Source of the DNA: Promicromonosporaceae bacterium
Lineage (GTDB): Bacteria > Actinomycetota > Actinomycetes > Actinomycetales > Cellulomonadaceae
DNA length: 64,000 nucleotides
Assembly (NCBI GenBank): GCA_009783295.1
Contig: WRHK01000006.1
Coordinates: 20,813 to 84,812 of the forward strand
Direction of reading: 5' to 3'
A model generated the notes under the pieces. That model was given only the letters and a program-made list of their open reading frames with translations, searched no databases and was not told the origin of the DNA. Shown piece by piece: positions 40,380 through 56,572 of the stretch (its first letter is position 1; each line of letters opens with the position of its first letter). Both the position numbers and the translations under genes were made by a program.

Positions 40380-42338
40380 GTGACAGACACCACAGAAACC
40401 CGGGGCAACGCTTCCGGGTCCCTGAGCTCGATGAAGCTCGCCGAGCTCCAGGCGCTGGCCTCCCAGGCCGGGATCAAGGGCACGTCCAAGATGCGCAAGG
40501 GCGACCTCGTCGAGGCCCTCAGCGCAGGCCGCACGGGCGGCAACGGTGGCGCAGCTGCGCCCGTCGCCGCCGCGGCGACCTCCGCGCCCGTCGTGCGCGC
40601 CGACGCCTCCTCCGAGGCCCCCGCCGCGCGCCGCTCGCGCCGCGTCACCCGCCCGGCCGGCGCCGACGCCTCCTCCGAGGCCGCCGCCGCTCCCGCTCCC
40701 GCTGCCGCCGAGGCGCCCGCGGCCGCCGCGCCCGCCACCGAGCGGGCCGAGCGCGCCGAGCGCTCCGGGTCCCAGCGCACCGCCAACGACGCCGACCGCG
40801 CCGCGCGCCTCGAGGCGCTCGCCGACGCGGTTGCCGCTCCCCGCCAGCAGCGCCAGCGCGGCCAGGGGCAGAACGGCCAGAACCAGAACCAGAACCAGCA
40901 GGGCCAGAGCCAGGGCCAGCAGGGCCAGGGCCAGCGCCAGCAGGGCGGCAACGCCCAGGGCCAGGGCCAGAACCGCCAGCAGAACGACGGCGGCAACCGC
41001 TCCTTCGACGGCGACCACGGCTACGGCCCGGACGACGACCGCGGCTCGCGCCGCCGTCGTGGCCGCGACCGCGGGCGTGACCGCAAGCGCGGCCGCAACC
41101 CGCGCGGCGGCCAGGTCGACGTCGTCGGCGGCGAGGACGTCGAGGTGCGCGAGGACGACGTGCTGCTGCCCGTCGCCGGCGTGCTCGACATCCTGGACAA
41201 CTACGCGTTCGTGCGCACCAGCGGCTACCTGCCCGGCCCGAACGACGTCTACGTCTCCCTCAACCAGGTCAAGCGGGCCGGCCTGCGTCGCGGCGACGCG
41301 ATCGTCGGCGCGATCCGCCAGCCGCGCGAGGGCGAGCAGCAGCCGCAGGGCAACACCGCGCGCTCGAAGTACAACGCGCTGGTGCGCCTCGACTCGGTCA
41401 ACGGCATGACGCCCGACGAGTCGCGGCAGCGCCCCGAGTTCACCAAGCTCACGCCCCTGTACCCGCAGGAGCGGCTGCGCCTGGAGAACCCCGAGGCCAC
41501 CAAGCTGACGCCGCGCGTGATCGACATCGTCGCGCCGATCGGCAAGGGCCAGCGCGGCCTCATCGTCGCGCCGCCCAAGGCCGGCAAGACGATCATCATG
41601 CAGCAGATCGCCAACTCGATCACCGCGAACAACCCCGAGGTCCACCTCATGGTGGTGCTCGTGGACGAGCGGCCCGAAGAGGTCACCGACATGGAGCGGT
41701 CGGTCAAGGGCGAGGTCATCGCCTCGACGTTCGACCGCCCCGCGTCCGACCACACGATCGTCGCCGAGCTCGCCATCGAGCGCGCCAAGCGCCTCGTGGA
41801 GCTGGGCCAGGACGTCGTCGTGCTGCTCGACTCGATCACCCGCCTGGGCCGTGCCTACAACCTGGCCGCCCCGGCGTCGGGCCGCATCCTGTCGGGTGGT
41901 GTGGACGCCGCGGCGCTCTACCCGCCGAAGAAGTTCTTCGGTGCCGCCCGCAACATCGAGAACGGTGGCTCGCTCACCATCCTCGCCTCGGCGCTCGTGG
42001 AGACCGGGTCGAAGATGGACGAGGTCATCTTCGAGGAGTTCAAGGGCACCGGAAACATGGAGCTGCGCCTGTCCCGCAACCTCGCGGACAAGCGCATCTT
42101 CCCGGCCGTGGACGTCAACGCGTCGGGCACGCGCCGTGAGGAGATCCTCATGGGCCGTGACGAGCTGCAGATCGTCTACAAGCTGCGCCGCCTGCTCGGC
42201 GCGCTGGACACCCAGCAGTCGATCGAGCTGCTGCTCGGCCAGCTGAAGAAGACGAAGACGAACGTCGAGTTCCTGCTCCACGTCCAGAAGACCACCCCGG
42301 GTGGCCTCCAGGACGAGAACGCGGGCGAGACCGTCTGA
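40380..42338 (+). CDS. rho: Transcription termination factor Rho with long N-terminal insertion
   Basis: LAELQALAS Rho-N, Q/N/G- and R/D-rich insertion, [27 protein letters not shown]. Confidence 0.98.
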   Translation: MTDTTETRGNASGSLSSMKLAELQALASQAGIKGTSKMRKGDLVEALSAGRTGGNGGAAAPVAAAATSAPVVRADASSEAPAARRSRRVTRPAGADASSEAAAAPAPAAAEAPAAAAPATERAERAERSGSQRTANDADRAARLEALADAVAAPRQQRQRGQGQNGQNQNQNQQGQSQGQQGQGQRQQGGNAQGQGQNRQQNDGGNRSFDGDHGYGPDDDRGSRRRRGRDRGRDRKRGRNPRGGQVDVVGGEDVEVREDDVLLPVAGVLDILDNYAFVRTSGYLPGPNDVYVSLNQVKRAGLRRGDAIVGAIRQPREGEQQPQGNTARSKYNALVRLDSVNGMTPDESRQRPEFTKLTPLYPQERLRLENPEATKLTPRVIDIVAPIGKGQRGLIVAPPKAGKTIIMQQIANSITANNPEVHLMVVLVDERPEEVTDMERSVKGEVIASTFDRPASDHTIVAELAIERAKRLVELGQDVVVLLDSITRLGRAYNLAAPASGRILSGGVDAAALYPPKKFFGAARNIENGGSLTILASALVETGSKMDEVIFEEFKGTGNMELRLSRNLADKRIFPAVDVNASGTRREEILMGRDELQIVYKLRRLLGALDTQQSIELLLGQLKKTKTNVEFLLHVQKTTPGGLQDENAGETV

Positions 42339-42360
42339 CGCCTCAGCGCCAGAGCCTGTC

Positions 42361-42394
42361 CGGGCCACCGCGGGGATTGCCCCGCGGTGGCCCG
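42361..42394. terminator. Stem-loop between convergent rho and GT4 genes
   Basis: Perfect 15-bp stem CGGGCCACCGCGGGG / CCCCGCGGTGGCCCG. Confidence 0.75.
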
Positions 42395-42428
42395 GACACG
42401 TTTCCGGCCCTCTCGCCTCGTCAGCGGG

Positions 42429-43556
42429 TCAGGGCAGGTCCAGCAGGCGGCGCGCCGTCGCGCCCACCTGGTCCCACTGCCAGCTCGCGTGCACCCAGTC
42501 GCGGCCCTTCGCGCCCATCGCCGCGGCCTTGTCGCGGTCCGTCAGCAGCTCGACGACGCGCGCCGCGACCTCCCGCGGCGAGCGCGGGTCGACGACGTAG
42601 CCCGTCTCACCGTCGCGCGTCGCCTCCGGGGCGCCTCCGCTGCGTCCCACGATGACGGGCTTGCCGCAGGCCGCCGCCTCGAGGAACACGATCCCGAGCC
42701 CCTCCGGCTCGAGGCCCGCCAGGCGTGAGCGCGACGGCATCGCGAACACGTCCGCCGCGTCCATGTAGGCCGGCATCTGCTCCCACGGCACCGACCCGAC
42801 GAACGTCACGTCCGCCGTGACGCCTCGCTGCGCCGCACGCTTCTCGAGTGCGGCACGGTGCGGCCCGTCGCCGACGACGACGAGGCGCGCGCGGGGCACG
42901 GCGGCCAGCACCGCGGGCCACGCGTCGATCATGGTGTCCTGCCCCTTGCGCGGCACCAGGCGGGCGGCGCACACGACCACGCGGTCCTCGGCCGTCAGCC
43001 CGAGAGACGACCGCACGGCGGCGCCGCCGGAACCGGGGAAGAAGTGCGACGTGTCCACGCCGGGCGCCATGCGCGTCTGCTTGGCGCGGCCCGCGGGCGA
43101 GAGAGCACGCCCGATCTGCGCCCGCGTCCAGTCGGAGATGTCGGTGAGCACGTCGACGGCGTCGCCCACGCGGCGCAGCGCCTGGCGCGTGCCGGGCAGC
43201 CGCGACCACCACACCTCGTGCCCGTGCGTGACGGCGAGGATCCGCTGCGCGCCGGCCTCGCGCAGCGCGGGGGCCAGCAGCCCGAGGGGCACCGACGACC
43301 CGATGAGCACCCGGTCGCACCCGTGCTCGCGCAGCGTCCGCACGACGGCGGCGCGCACCCGCCGCGTGGGCAGCAGCGTCCCGGTGCGGTCGCGGATCAC
43401 GGGGTAGGGGAGGGCCGCGTCGACCTCCTCGGACCCGGGCATCGAGGCGGTGTAGACGACGACGTCGCCGAGGCGGTCCGCGAGCGCGCGCACGAACGAC
43501 TCGATACCGCCTCGCCGGGGAGGGAAGTCGTTGGTGACGATGAGCGTTCTGGGCAT
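42429..43556 (-). CDS. GT4 glycosyltransferase, phosphatidylinositol mannosyltransferase (PimB-like)
   Basis: VTNDFPPRRGGIESF, THGHE, RLVPRKGQD, EGLGIVFLEA. Confidence 0.85.
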   Translation of the reverse strand: MPRTLIVTNDFPPRRGGIESFVRALADRLGDVVVYTASMPGSEEVDAALPYPVIRDRTGTLLPTRRVRAAVVRTLREHGCDRVLIGSSVPLGLLAPALREAGAQRILAVTHGHEVWWSRLPGTRQALRRVGDAVDVLTDISDWTRAQIGRALSPAGRAKQTRMAPGVDTSHFFPGSGGAAVRSSLGLTAEDRVVVCAARLVPRKGQDTMIDAWPAVLAAVPRARLVVVGDGPHRAALEKRAAQRGVTADVTFVGSVPWEQMPAYMDAADVFAMPSRSRLAGLEPEGLGIVFLEAAACGKPVIVGRSGGAPEATRDGETGYVVDPRSPREVAARVVELLTDRDKAAAMGAKGRDWVHASWQWDQVGATARRLLDLP

Positions 43557-43687
43557 GGGCCGGAGCCTACGGCGGACCGGAGCCGGTTTCCGGTTCGGGG
43601 CGCCGTCGGGCATAATGTTCTGTCGGCCAACCGGTTCACGGCCCGCAGAAAGCGGGGCGACCCGGTGGCATCTCACCAAGGAGCATC

Positions 43688-43903
43688 ATGAAGTCCGGTA
43701 TCCACCCCGAGTACGTGGTCACGCAGATCACGTGCACCTGCGGCAACTCCTTCGTCACGCGCACCACGGAGACCGGCGGGCACATCTCCGTCGAGGTCTG
43801 CAGCGCGTGCCACCCGTTCTACACGGGCAAGCAGAAGATCCTCGACACCGGTGGCCGCGTGGCCCGCTTCGAGGCTCGCTACGGCAAGAAGGCCGCCAAG
43901 TAG
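43688..43903 (+). CDS. rpmE: 50S ribosomal protein L31 (zinc-binding type)
   Basis: [12 protein letters not shown]...[10 protein letters not shown]. Confidence 0.97.
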   Translation: MKSGIHPEYVVTQITCTCGNSFVTRTTETGGHISVEVCSACHPFYTGKQKILDTGGRVARFEARYGKKAAK

Positions 43904-43911
43904 CTTCCTCT

Positions 43912-43979
43912 CAGCGCCGGTGATCCACCCGCCAACCTCTCCAGGGGCAGTCGGGCCGGATCACCGGCGCTGTTGCTTT
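43912..43979 (+). terminator. Stem-loop after rpmE
   Basis: CAGCGCCGGTGATCC / GGATCACCGGCGCTG 15-bp stem, 31-nt loop, followed by TTGCTTT. Confidence 0.7.
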
Positions 43980-44013
43980 ATCCCCACCCCGGTCCTACCT
44001 CACGGAGCGTGCC

Positions 44014-45099
44014 GTGTCCGATGCCTTTGACGCCGTCCAGCCCTTGCTGGACGAGCACGGTGAGATCGAGCGCGCCCTCGCCGACCCCGCCGTCCACGCC
44101 GACGCCGGGCGCGCCCGCACCCTCGGGCGCCGGTACGCGGAGCTGAACCAGGTGGTGGAGGCGTACCGCGCGTGGGAGTCCGCGCGCGACGACGCCGAGG
44201 CCGCCGCCGAGCTCGCGGAGCTCGACGACGAGTACAGGGCCGAGCTCCCCGCACTGGAGTCGGCCCGCGACGACGCCGCGGAGCACCTGCGCCGCGTGCT
44301 CATCCCGCGCGACCCCGACGACGGCCGCGACGTCATCCTCGAGATCAAGGCCGGCGAGGGCGGCGAGGAGTCGGCGCTCTTCGCGGGCGACCTGCTGCGC
44401 ATGTACCTGCGCTACGCCGAGCACAAGGGCTGGTCCACCCAGGTGCTCGAGGCCACCGACACCGACCTGGGCGGCTACAAGGACGTCCAGGTGGCCATCA
44501 AGGCGCGCTCCGTGAGCGACCCGGGCGACGGCGTGTGGGCCCACCTCAAGTACGAGGGCGGCGTCCACCGCGTCCAGCGCGTGCCCGTGACGGAGACGCA
44601 GGGCCGCATCCACACGTCGGCCGCGGGCGTCCTCGTGTTCCCCGAGGTCGACGACCCGGGCGAGGTCGAGATCGACCCGAACGACCTGCGCATCGACGTC
44701 TACCGCTCGTCGGGCCCGGGCGGGCAGTCGGTCAACACGACCGACTCGGCCGTGCGCATCACGCACCTGCCCACGGGCATCGTCGTCTCGATGCAGAACG
44801 AGAAGTCGCAGCTGCAGAACAAGGAGCAGGCCATGCGCGTGCTGCGGGCCCGCCTGCTCGCGGCGCAGCAGGAGGCCGCCGCCGCGGAGGCGGCGGACCT
44901 GCGCCGCTCGCAGGTGCGCACCGTGGACCGCTCGGAGCGGATCCGCACCTACAACTTCCCCGAGAACCGCATCGCCGACCACCGCACCGGGTACAAGGCC
45001 TACAACCTCGACCACGTGCTGGCCGGCGACCTGGAGCCGGTGGTCCGCTCGGCGATCGATGCCGACGAGGCCGCACGCCTGGAGTCGCTCGGTGACTGA
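44014..45099 (+). CDS. prfA: Peptide chain release factor 1
   Basis: GGEES, PVT anticodon motif, GPGGQ, NFPENR. Confidence 0.97.
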   Translation: MSDAFDAVQPLLDEHGEIERALADPAVHADAGRARTLGRRYAELNQVVEAYRAWESARDDAEAAAELAELDDEYRAELPALESARDDAAEHLRRVLIPRDPDDGRDVILEIKAGEGGEESALFAGDLLRMYLRYAEHKGWSTQVLEATDTDLGGYKDVQVAIKARSVSDPGDGVWAHLKYEGGVHRVQRVPVTETQGRIHTSAAGVLVFPEVDDPGEVEIDPNDLRIDVYRSSGPGGQSVNTTDSAVRITHLPTGIVVSMQNEKSQLQNKEQAMRVLRARLLAAQQEAAAAEAADLRRSQVRTVDRSERIRTYNFPENRIADHRTGYKAYNLDHVLAGDLEPVVRSAIDADEAARLESLGD

Positions 45100-45979
45100 C
45101 GTCGGTCCGCGCGGCCTGGTCGCCCAGGCCGCCGCGACGCTCGCGGCCGCGGGCGTCGCGACGCCGCGCGTGGACGCGGAGCTGCTGCTGGGCCACGTGC
45201 TGCGCCTGGACCGCGGGCGTCTCGCCGCGCGGCTGGTGCTGGACGGCCCGGTCGCCGCCGACGACGCCGCCGCCTTCCACGCCCTGGTCGAACGCCGCGC
45301 CGTGCGCGAGCCGCTCCAGCACCTGACCGGGGTGGCGCCGTTCCGGCACGTCGAGCTGGCCGTGGGTCCCGGCGTCTTCGTGCCGCGGCCCGAGACGGAG
45401 CAGGTCGCCCAGGTCGCGATCGACGAGGCGGCCCGGGTGGTCGCCGCGCGGGGGAGCGCCGTCGTCGTCGACCTGTGCACCGGGTCCGGCGCCATCGCGC
45501 TCGCCGTCGCGACCGAGGTGCCGGGCGCGGCGGTGCACGCCGTCGAGCTCGACGCCGACGCGCACGCGTGGGCCGCCCGCAACCTCGCCGGGAGCGGCGT
45601 CGTCCTGGTGCGCGGCGACGCGCGCACTGCGCTCCACGAGCTCGACGGGACGGTCGACGTCGTCGTGTCGAACCCGCCCTACGTGCCGTCCGACGCCGTG
45701 CCGCGCGACCCCGAGGTCGCGAACCACGACCCGGCCGTGGCCCTCTACGGGCTCGGCGCCGACGGGCTCGAGGTGCCGCGCGGCGTCACCGCGGCGGCCG
45801 CTCGCCTGCTGCGGCCCGGCGGCCTGTACGTCATGGAGCACGCCGAGGTGCAGGATGCCGCCGCCCGCGCCATGGTGGACGCCGTCGGCGCGTTCGACGC
45901 GGCGGCGACGCGCGACGACCTCACCGGGCGCCCGCGCATGGCCGTCGCCCGGAAGGCGCCCGCGCCCGTGGAAGACTGA
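45092..45979 (+). CDS. prmC: Release factor glutamine methyltransferase
   Basis: [27 protein letters not shown]. Confidence 0.95.
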   Translation: MTDVGPRGLVAQAAATLAAAGVATPRVDAELLLGHVLRLDRGRLAARLVLDGPVAADDAAAFHALVERRAVREPLQHLTGVAPFRHVELAVGPGVFVPRPETEQVAQVAIDEAARVVAARGSAVVVDLCTGSGAIALAVATEVPGAAVHAVELDADAHAWAARNLAGSGVVLVRGDARTALHELDGTVDVVVSNPPYVPSDAVPRDPEVANHDPAVALYGLGADGLEVPRGVTAAAARLLRPGGLYVMEHAEVQDAAARAMVDAVGAFDAAATRDDLTGRPRMAVARKAPAPVED

Positions 45980-45983
45980 TCAC

Positions 45984-46640
45984 GTGAGCAGCGTGCCCGA
46001 CGTCGTCCGCGACGTCACCGACCCGAACACCTGGGGCGCCGCGATCGACGAGGCCGTGAACGCGGTCCGTCGTGGCGGCCTGGTGGTGCTCCCCACCGAC
46101 ACCGTGTACGGGGTGGCTGCCGAGGCCTTCGACGCCGACGCCGTCGCGTCGATCGGCACCGCCAAGGGACGGGCCGACCGCACCGCGCCGCCCGTGCTCA
46201 TCCCCGACGTGCGCACGCTCGACGGGCTCGCCTCCGACGTGAGCGCCGACGCCCGCGCCCTGGCCGCGGCGTTCTGGCCCGGGGCCCTCACCCTGGTCCT
46301 GGCGGCGCAGCCGTCGCTGCAGTGGGACCTGGGCGACGCGCGCGGCACCGTCGCGCTCCGCATGCCCGACCACCCGGCGGCTCTGGCCCTGCTGCGGCGC
46401 ACCGGGCCGCTCGCCGTCACCGGTGCACAGCGCGCCGGCCAGCCGGCCCCGCTCGACGTCGCCGCCGCGCGCGAGCAGCTCGGCTCGGTCGTGTCCGTCT
46501 ACCTCGACGGCGGGCCCGTCTCGGGCGACGTCTCCACGATCGTGGACGCGACGGTGACGCCGCCGCGCCTGGTGCGCGCCGGGGCGATCGGCGTCGAGCG
46601 CCTGCGCGAGGTCGTGCCCGGGCTGGAGGCCGACGCGTGA
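45984..46640 (+). CDS. tsaC: L-threonylcarbamoyladenylate synthase (Sua5/YrdC family), atypical SxN motif
   Basis: LPTDTVYG, AKGR, FWPGALT, ALRMP, STIVD; TGAQ where TSAN/SSAN is expected. Confidence 0.85.
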   Translation: MSSVPDVVRDVTDPNTWGAAIDEAVNAVRRGGLVVLPTDTVYGVAAEAFDADAVASIGTAKGRADRTAPPVLIPDVRTLDGLASDVSADARALAAAFWPGALTLVLAAQPSLQWDLGDARGTVALRMPDHPAALALLRRTGPLAVTGAQRAGQPAPLDVAAAREQLGSVVSVYLDGGPVSGDVSTIVDATVTPPRLVRAGAIGVERLREVVPGLEADA

Positions 46641-47809
46641 GGGTCTACCTCCTCCTGCTGCTGGTGGCTGCGGCCGTCACGTACCTGTCGACGCCGGTGG
46701 CCCGCTGGGTCGCCCGGCGCACGCACGCCATCTCGGCCGTGCGCGACCGCGACGTGCACACGCTGCCCACCCCGCGGCTGGGCGGCCTGGCGATGCTCGG
46801 CGGCATCGTCGTGGCCGTGCTGGTCGCGTCCCGCATGCCGTTCCTCGAGGGCGTCTTCGCCGAGCGCGAGGTCTGGGGCATCGTCGGGGCCGCCGTCATC
46901 GTCGCGCTGCTGGGCTGGGCCGACGACGTCTGGGACCTCGACTGGATGACCAAGCTGGCCGGGCAGGTGCTGGCCGCCGGGTTCATGGCGATCATGCAGG
47001 TGCAGCTGACCACGTGGCCCTTCCCAGGGCAGCTCACCATCCCCGGGTCCCGGCTGTCGCTGCTCATGACGATCTTCGTCGTCGTCGCCACGATGAACGC
47101 GGTGAACTTCGTGGACGGGCTCGACGGGCTCGCGGCCGGGATCATCGCGATCGGCGGCTCGGCCCTGTTCCTGTACACGTACGGGCTCACGCAGCAGGCC
47201 AGCCCGCAGGACTACGCCTCGCTCGCGTCCCTCATGATCGCGGTGCTCGTGGGCGCCTGCCTGGGGTTCCTGCCGCACAACTTCCACCCGTCGCACATCT
47301 TCATGGGCGACTCCGGGTCGATGGTGCTGGGCCTGGTGCTCGCCGGGGCCACGATCTCGGTGACCGGCCAGATCAACCCTGACGCCATGTCCGGCGCCCA
47401 GAGCGTGCCCGCCTACGTGCCGCTGCTGCTGCCCGTGGCGGTGCTGGTGCTGCCCATCCTCGACATGTCGATGGCCGTGGTGCGCCGCCTGGCGAGCGGC
47501 AAGTCGCCGTTCCACCCCGACCGCATGCACCTGCACCACCGCATGCTCGCGCTCGGCCACTCCCACCGTCGCGCCGTGGTGATCCTCTACGTGTGGACCG
47601 CCGTGTTCGCGTTCGGCGGCGCGGCCCTGGTGCGCTGGCCGTGGCAGAACGTGCTGGCCGGCACCTGCATCGCCGCGCTCGCCGCGCTCCTGCTGACCCT
47701 CGGCCCGCTGCGCACGCGCGGCCGCATCCTCGACGACGACGTCGCGACGGGCGCCCTGCCCGTCGTCCGCCCCGCCGCCCCCACCCACTCCCGAGGACGG
47801 ACCCGATGA
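46637..47809 (+). CDS. wecA: Undecaprenyl-phosphate GlcNAc-1-phosphate transferase (WecA/Rfe, GT4 MraY-like)
   Basis: PRLGG, DD, NAVNFVDGLDG, IFMGDSG, HLHHRM. Confidence 0.88.
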   Translation: MRVYLLLLLVAAAVTYLSTPVARWVARRTHAISAVRDRDVHTLPTPRLGGLAMLGGIVVAVLVASRMPFLEGVFAEREVWGIVGAAVIVALLGWADDVWDLDWMTKLAGQVLAAGFMAIMQVQLTTWPFPGQLTIPGSRLSLLMTIFVVVATMNAVNFVDGLDGLAAGIIAIGGSALFLYTYGLTQQASPQDYASLASLMIAVLVGACLGFLPHNFHPSHIFMGDSGSMVLGLVLAGATISVTGQINPDAMSGAQSVPAYVPLLLPVAVLVLPILDMSMAVVRRLASGKSPFHPDRMHLHHRMLALGHSHRRAVVILYVWTAVFAFGGAALVRWPWQNVLAGTCIAALAALLLTLGPLRTRGRILDDDVATGALPVVRPAAPTHSRGRTR

Positions 47810-48249
47810 CCGACGCCCCCACCCCCGAGACCAACGCTCCGGACACCAACGCGCCCGAGCGCAAGGTGCTGCGCAAGGCCCTGCGCGACACCGTCCTGTT
47901 CGTCCTCGCGCTCGCCGTGCTGGGCGTCGTGGTCGGGGCCCTCGTGGCCGGCACGGCGGGGGTGTGGGGGGCGCTCGTCGGGGCGGCCCTCGCGGGGTTC
48001 TTCTGCGCGACGACGATCGTGTCGATGATGCGCACCGTCGGGGCGAGCCCCACCACCATGGCGGGCGTCGTCATGGGCGCGTGGGCCGCGAAGCTCGTGG
48101 TGCTGATCGTGGTGCTGTCGGTGCTGCGCGGCCGCGACTTCTACCAGCCGTGGGTGCTGTTCGCGGTGGTCGCCGTGGGTGCGATCGGCTCGGCGCTGCT
48201 CGACTACCGCGCCGTGTCGCGCGGGCGCATCCCGTACGTGCAGCCGTAG
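47806..48249 (+). CDS. Small membrane protein upstream of atp operon (AtpI-like)
   Basis: Four hydrophobic segments, position directly before atpB, RIPYV tail. Confidence 0.65.
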   Translation: MTDAPTPETNAPDTNAPERKVLRKALRDTVLFVLALAVLGVVVGALVAGTAGVWGALVGAALAGFFCATTIVSMMRTVGASPTTMAGVVMGAWAAKLVVLIVVLSVLRGRDFYQPWVLFAVVAVGAIGSALLDYRAVSRGRIPYVQP

Positions 48250-48482
48250 CGGCCTGACCACACGCTGGGAGGCCCCCAGGAGTACACCCATCCGGGTGCC
48301 TCGGGCAACCGTTTGTGCACGGATTCACAAGCCGCGGAATATCGGTCATCCTGAGCCATCTCACCGAGCGGACCACGCCAGATGATCTAGTAGGCTGTGC
48401 GCGAATCCATGACGGCCCGGTCCGACGGCGTACCCACAAGGTGTTGTGGTGCACCCGGACTTATCGATCTTCAGGAGTCATC

Positions 48483-50201
<1,719 letters not shown>

Positions 50202-50202
<1 letters not shown>

Positions 50203-51017
50203 TGCGCGGCACGAGCGGAGCATCGCTGGCTTCGGCGCAGGAGCGCTTCGAGCCGGTGCTGCGCGCTGCGGGCGAGGGCGCGGCGGCGCTCGGCGAAGAG
50301 CTCTTCGCCGTCGTCGACGCGCTGGACTCGTCCGGTGCCCTGCGTCGTACGCTCACCGACCCGTCGCTCCCGGCGGCGTCGAAGGAGTCCGTCGCGGGCC
50401 ACGTGCTCGCGAACGGCTTCGACCCTCGCGTCGTCGACCTGGTCCGCTCGCTGGCGGGCTCCCGCTGGTCGGCGGCCGGCGACCTGGCCGACGCCGTGGA
50501 GCGCATCGCGCTGTCCGCGGTGCTCGCCAGCGCCGAGTCCCGGGGTGCACTCGAGACGGTCGAGAACGAGCTCTTCCGCATCACCCGCGCCCTGCAGGGG
50601 CAGCGGGAGGCGCGGCAGGTGCTGTCCGACCCGACGACCAAGCCCGAGCGCCGCGCCGCCCTCGTGGACGCGCTGCTCGCCGGCAAGGCCGACCCGGTGA
50701 CGACGTCGCTCGCGCGACGGGCCACCACGGCCCTGCGCGGCCGCCGCTTCGTCGCGGTGCTCGTCGCCGTCGGCAACGTCATCGCCGAGCGCCGCTCGCT
50801 GCTGGTCGCGACCGTGACCAGCGCCAACGAGCTCTCGGACGCCCAGACCCAGCGCCTCGGCGCCCTGCTCGAGCGGGCCTACGGCGCCGCGGTGCAGGTC
50901 TACGTGAGCGTGGACCCGTCCCTCGTGGGCGGCCTGCGCATCCAGGTCGGCGCCGACGTCGTCGACAACACCGTGCTGTCCCGACTCGCCGACGCCCGCC
51001 GCCGGCTGGCCGGTTAA
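50202..51017 (+). CDS. atpH: ATP synthase F1 subunit delta
   Basis: MRGTS start, [14 protein letters not shown]. Confidence 0.93.
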
Positions 51018-51039
51018 GACCTACAGGAGAAGAAGATCA

Positions 51040-52671
<1,632 letters not shown>

Positions 52672-52674
52672 CGC

Positions 52675-55107
<2,433 letters not shown>

Positions 55108-55108
<1 letters not shown>

Positions 55109-55383
55109 TGGCCGAGCTCAGCGTCGACCTCGTCGCGACCGACCGCAAGGTCTGGTCGGGGATCGCGCGCCAGGTCAGCGCGCCGTCCGTGGACGGTCAG
55201 ATCGGCGTCCTGCCGGGCCACACGCCCATCCTGGCCGTGCTGCGCCCCGGCACGGTCCGCGTGGTCACCTCGGACGGCGCCGCGCCGTTCGAGGTCCACG
55301 TGACCGGCGGCTTCGTGTCCGTCGACGACAACCTCGTGACGGTTGTCGCCGACGAGATCACGCCGCTCGGCGCGGAGGGCTGA
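55108..55383 (+). CDS. atpC: ATP synthase F1 subunit epsilon (beta-sandwich only)
   Basis: GQIGVLPGHTP, GGFVSV; 91 aa, no C-terminal helices. Confidence 0.93.
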
Positions 55384-55389
55384 CACCGG

Positions 55390-55818
55390 ATGTCGCACGT
55401 GCCCGCCGCCGTCTGGGTGCTCCTGGCGATCATTCTGGTCGTCGCACTCGTGATGGCGGCGGGCGCGTCGCGTCTGCACACGCTGTCGCACCGCGTCGGG
55501 TCGTTCGCGTGCCACGCGCGGGCCGCGGGCAACCCGTCGGCGGCGTTCACGCTCGGCATCGCGCACTACGCGGTCGGGCGCATCGAGTGGTATCGCGCCT
55601 GGTCGCTCTCGCCCCGGCCTGCCCGGACGTGGATGCGCGACCGCCTGGCGGTGACGGGCCGTGTGCCCCTCGACCAGGCGGGGCAGACCGACCAGTACCT
55701 GGTCCGATGTCGCTACGAGGACACCGACTTCGAGCTGTCCATGACGGCGGCCGCGTACGCTGGGCTCGCCTCGTGGCTCGAGGCGGCGCCGCCCGGCCGG
55801 CGCAACCTCGTTCTCTAG
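55390..55818 (+). CDS. DUF2550-like membrane protein
   Basis: N-terminal TM, W-Y-R-x-W-S-L-S-P-R-P, SWLEAAPPG tail; conserved position after atpC. Confidence 0.8.
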   Translation: MSHVPAAVWVLLAIILVVALVMAAGASRLHTLSHRVGSFACHARAAGNPSAAFTLGIAHYAVGRIEWYRAWSLSPRPARTWMRDRLAVTGRVPLDQAGQTDQYLVRCRYEDTDFELSMTAAAYAGLASWLEAAPPGRRNLVL

Positions 55819-55828
55819 GAGAAGTCTC

Positions 55829-56524
55829 TTGCGCCTCGTCGTCGCCACCTGCTCGGCCCGCTACTCCGGCCGGCTGAGCGCCCACCTGCCGCTCGCGACG
55901 AGGCTCCTGGTGGTCAAGGCAGACGGCAGCGTGCTGCTGCACTCCGACGGCGGCTCCTACAAGCCGCTCAACTGGATGAGCCCGCCGTGCACGCTCAAGG
56001 TGAGCGACCCGACGGCGGAGGCCGCGGAGCGTGGCGTCACGCAGGTGTGGACGGTCCAGCACACCAAGTCGGACGACCGGCTCGAGATCGAGCTGCACGA
56101 CGTCGCCCACGACGTCACCCACGAGCTCGGCGTCGACCCGGGCCTGGTGAAGGACGGCGTCGAGGCCCACCTGCAGGAGCTGCTGGCCGCGCAGATCGCC
56201 CTGCTGGGCGACGGCCACTCGCTGGTGCGCCGCGAGTACATGACGGCGATCGGCCCGGTCGACATCCTGGCCCGCCACCCCGAGGGCGGCCACGTGGCCG
56301 TCGAGATCAAGCGCCGCGGCGACATCGACGGCGTCGAGCAGCTGACCCGCTACCTGGAGCTGCTCAACCGCGACCCCCGGCTTGCCCCTGTGCGCGGCAT
56401 CTTCGCGGCGCAGGAGATCAAGCCGCAGGCGCGCGTGCTGGCCACGGACCGTGGGATCGGCTGCCTGGTGCTCGACTACGACGCGATGCGCGGCGTGGAC
56501 GACGCGGACGCGCGGCTCTTCTGA
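55829..56524 (+). CDS. nucS: Mismatch-specific endonuclease NucS/EndoMS
   Basis: [29 protein letters not shown]...VEIKR...QLTRY, C-terminal RLF clamp-binding-like motif. Confidence 0.95.
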   Translation: MRLVVATCSARYSGRLSAHLPLATRLLVVKADGSVLLHSDGGSYKPLNWMSPPCTLKVSDPTAEAAERGVTQVWTVQHTKSDDRLEIELHDVAHDVTHELGVDPGLVKDGVEAHLQELLAAQIALLGDGHSLVRREYMTAIGPVDILARHPEGGHVAVEIKRRGDIDGVEQLTRYLELLNRDPRLAPVRGIFAAQEIKPQARVLATDRGIGCLVLDYDAMRGVDDADARLF

Positions 56525-56572
56525 CGACTCCGCGGGTTTGAGCGGGCGGGGGCCACCCGCAAGGATGTGCGC

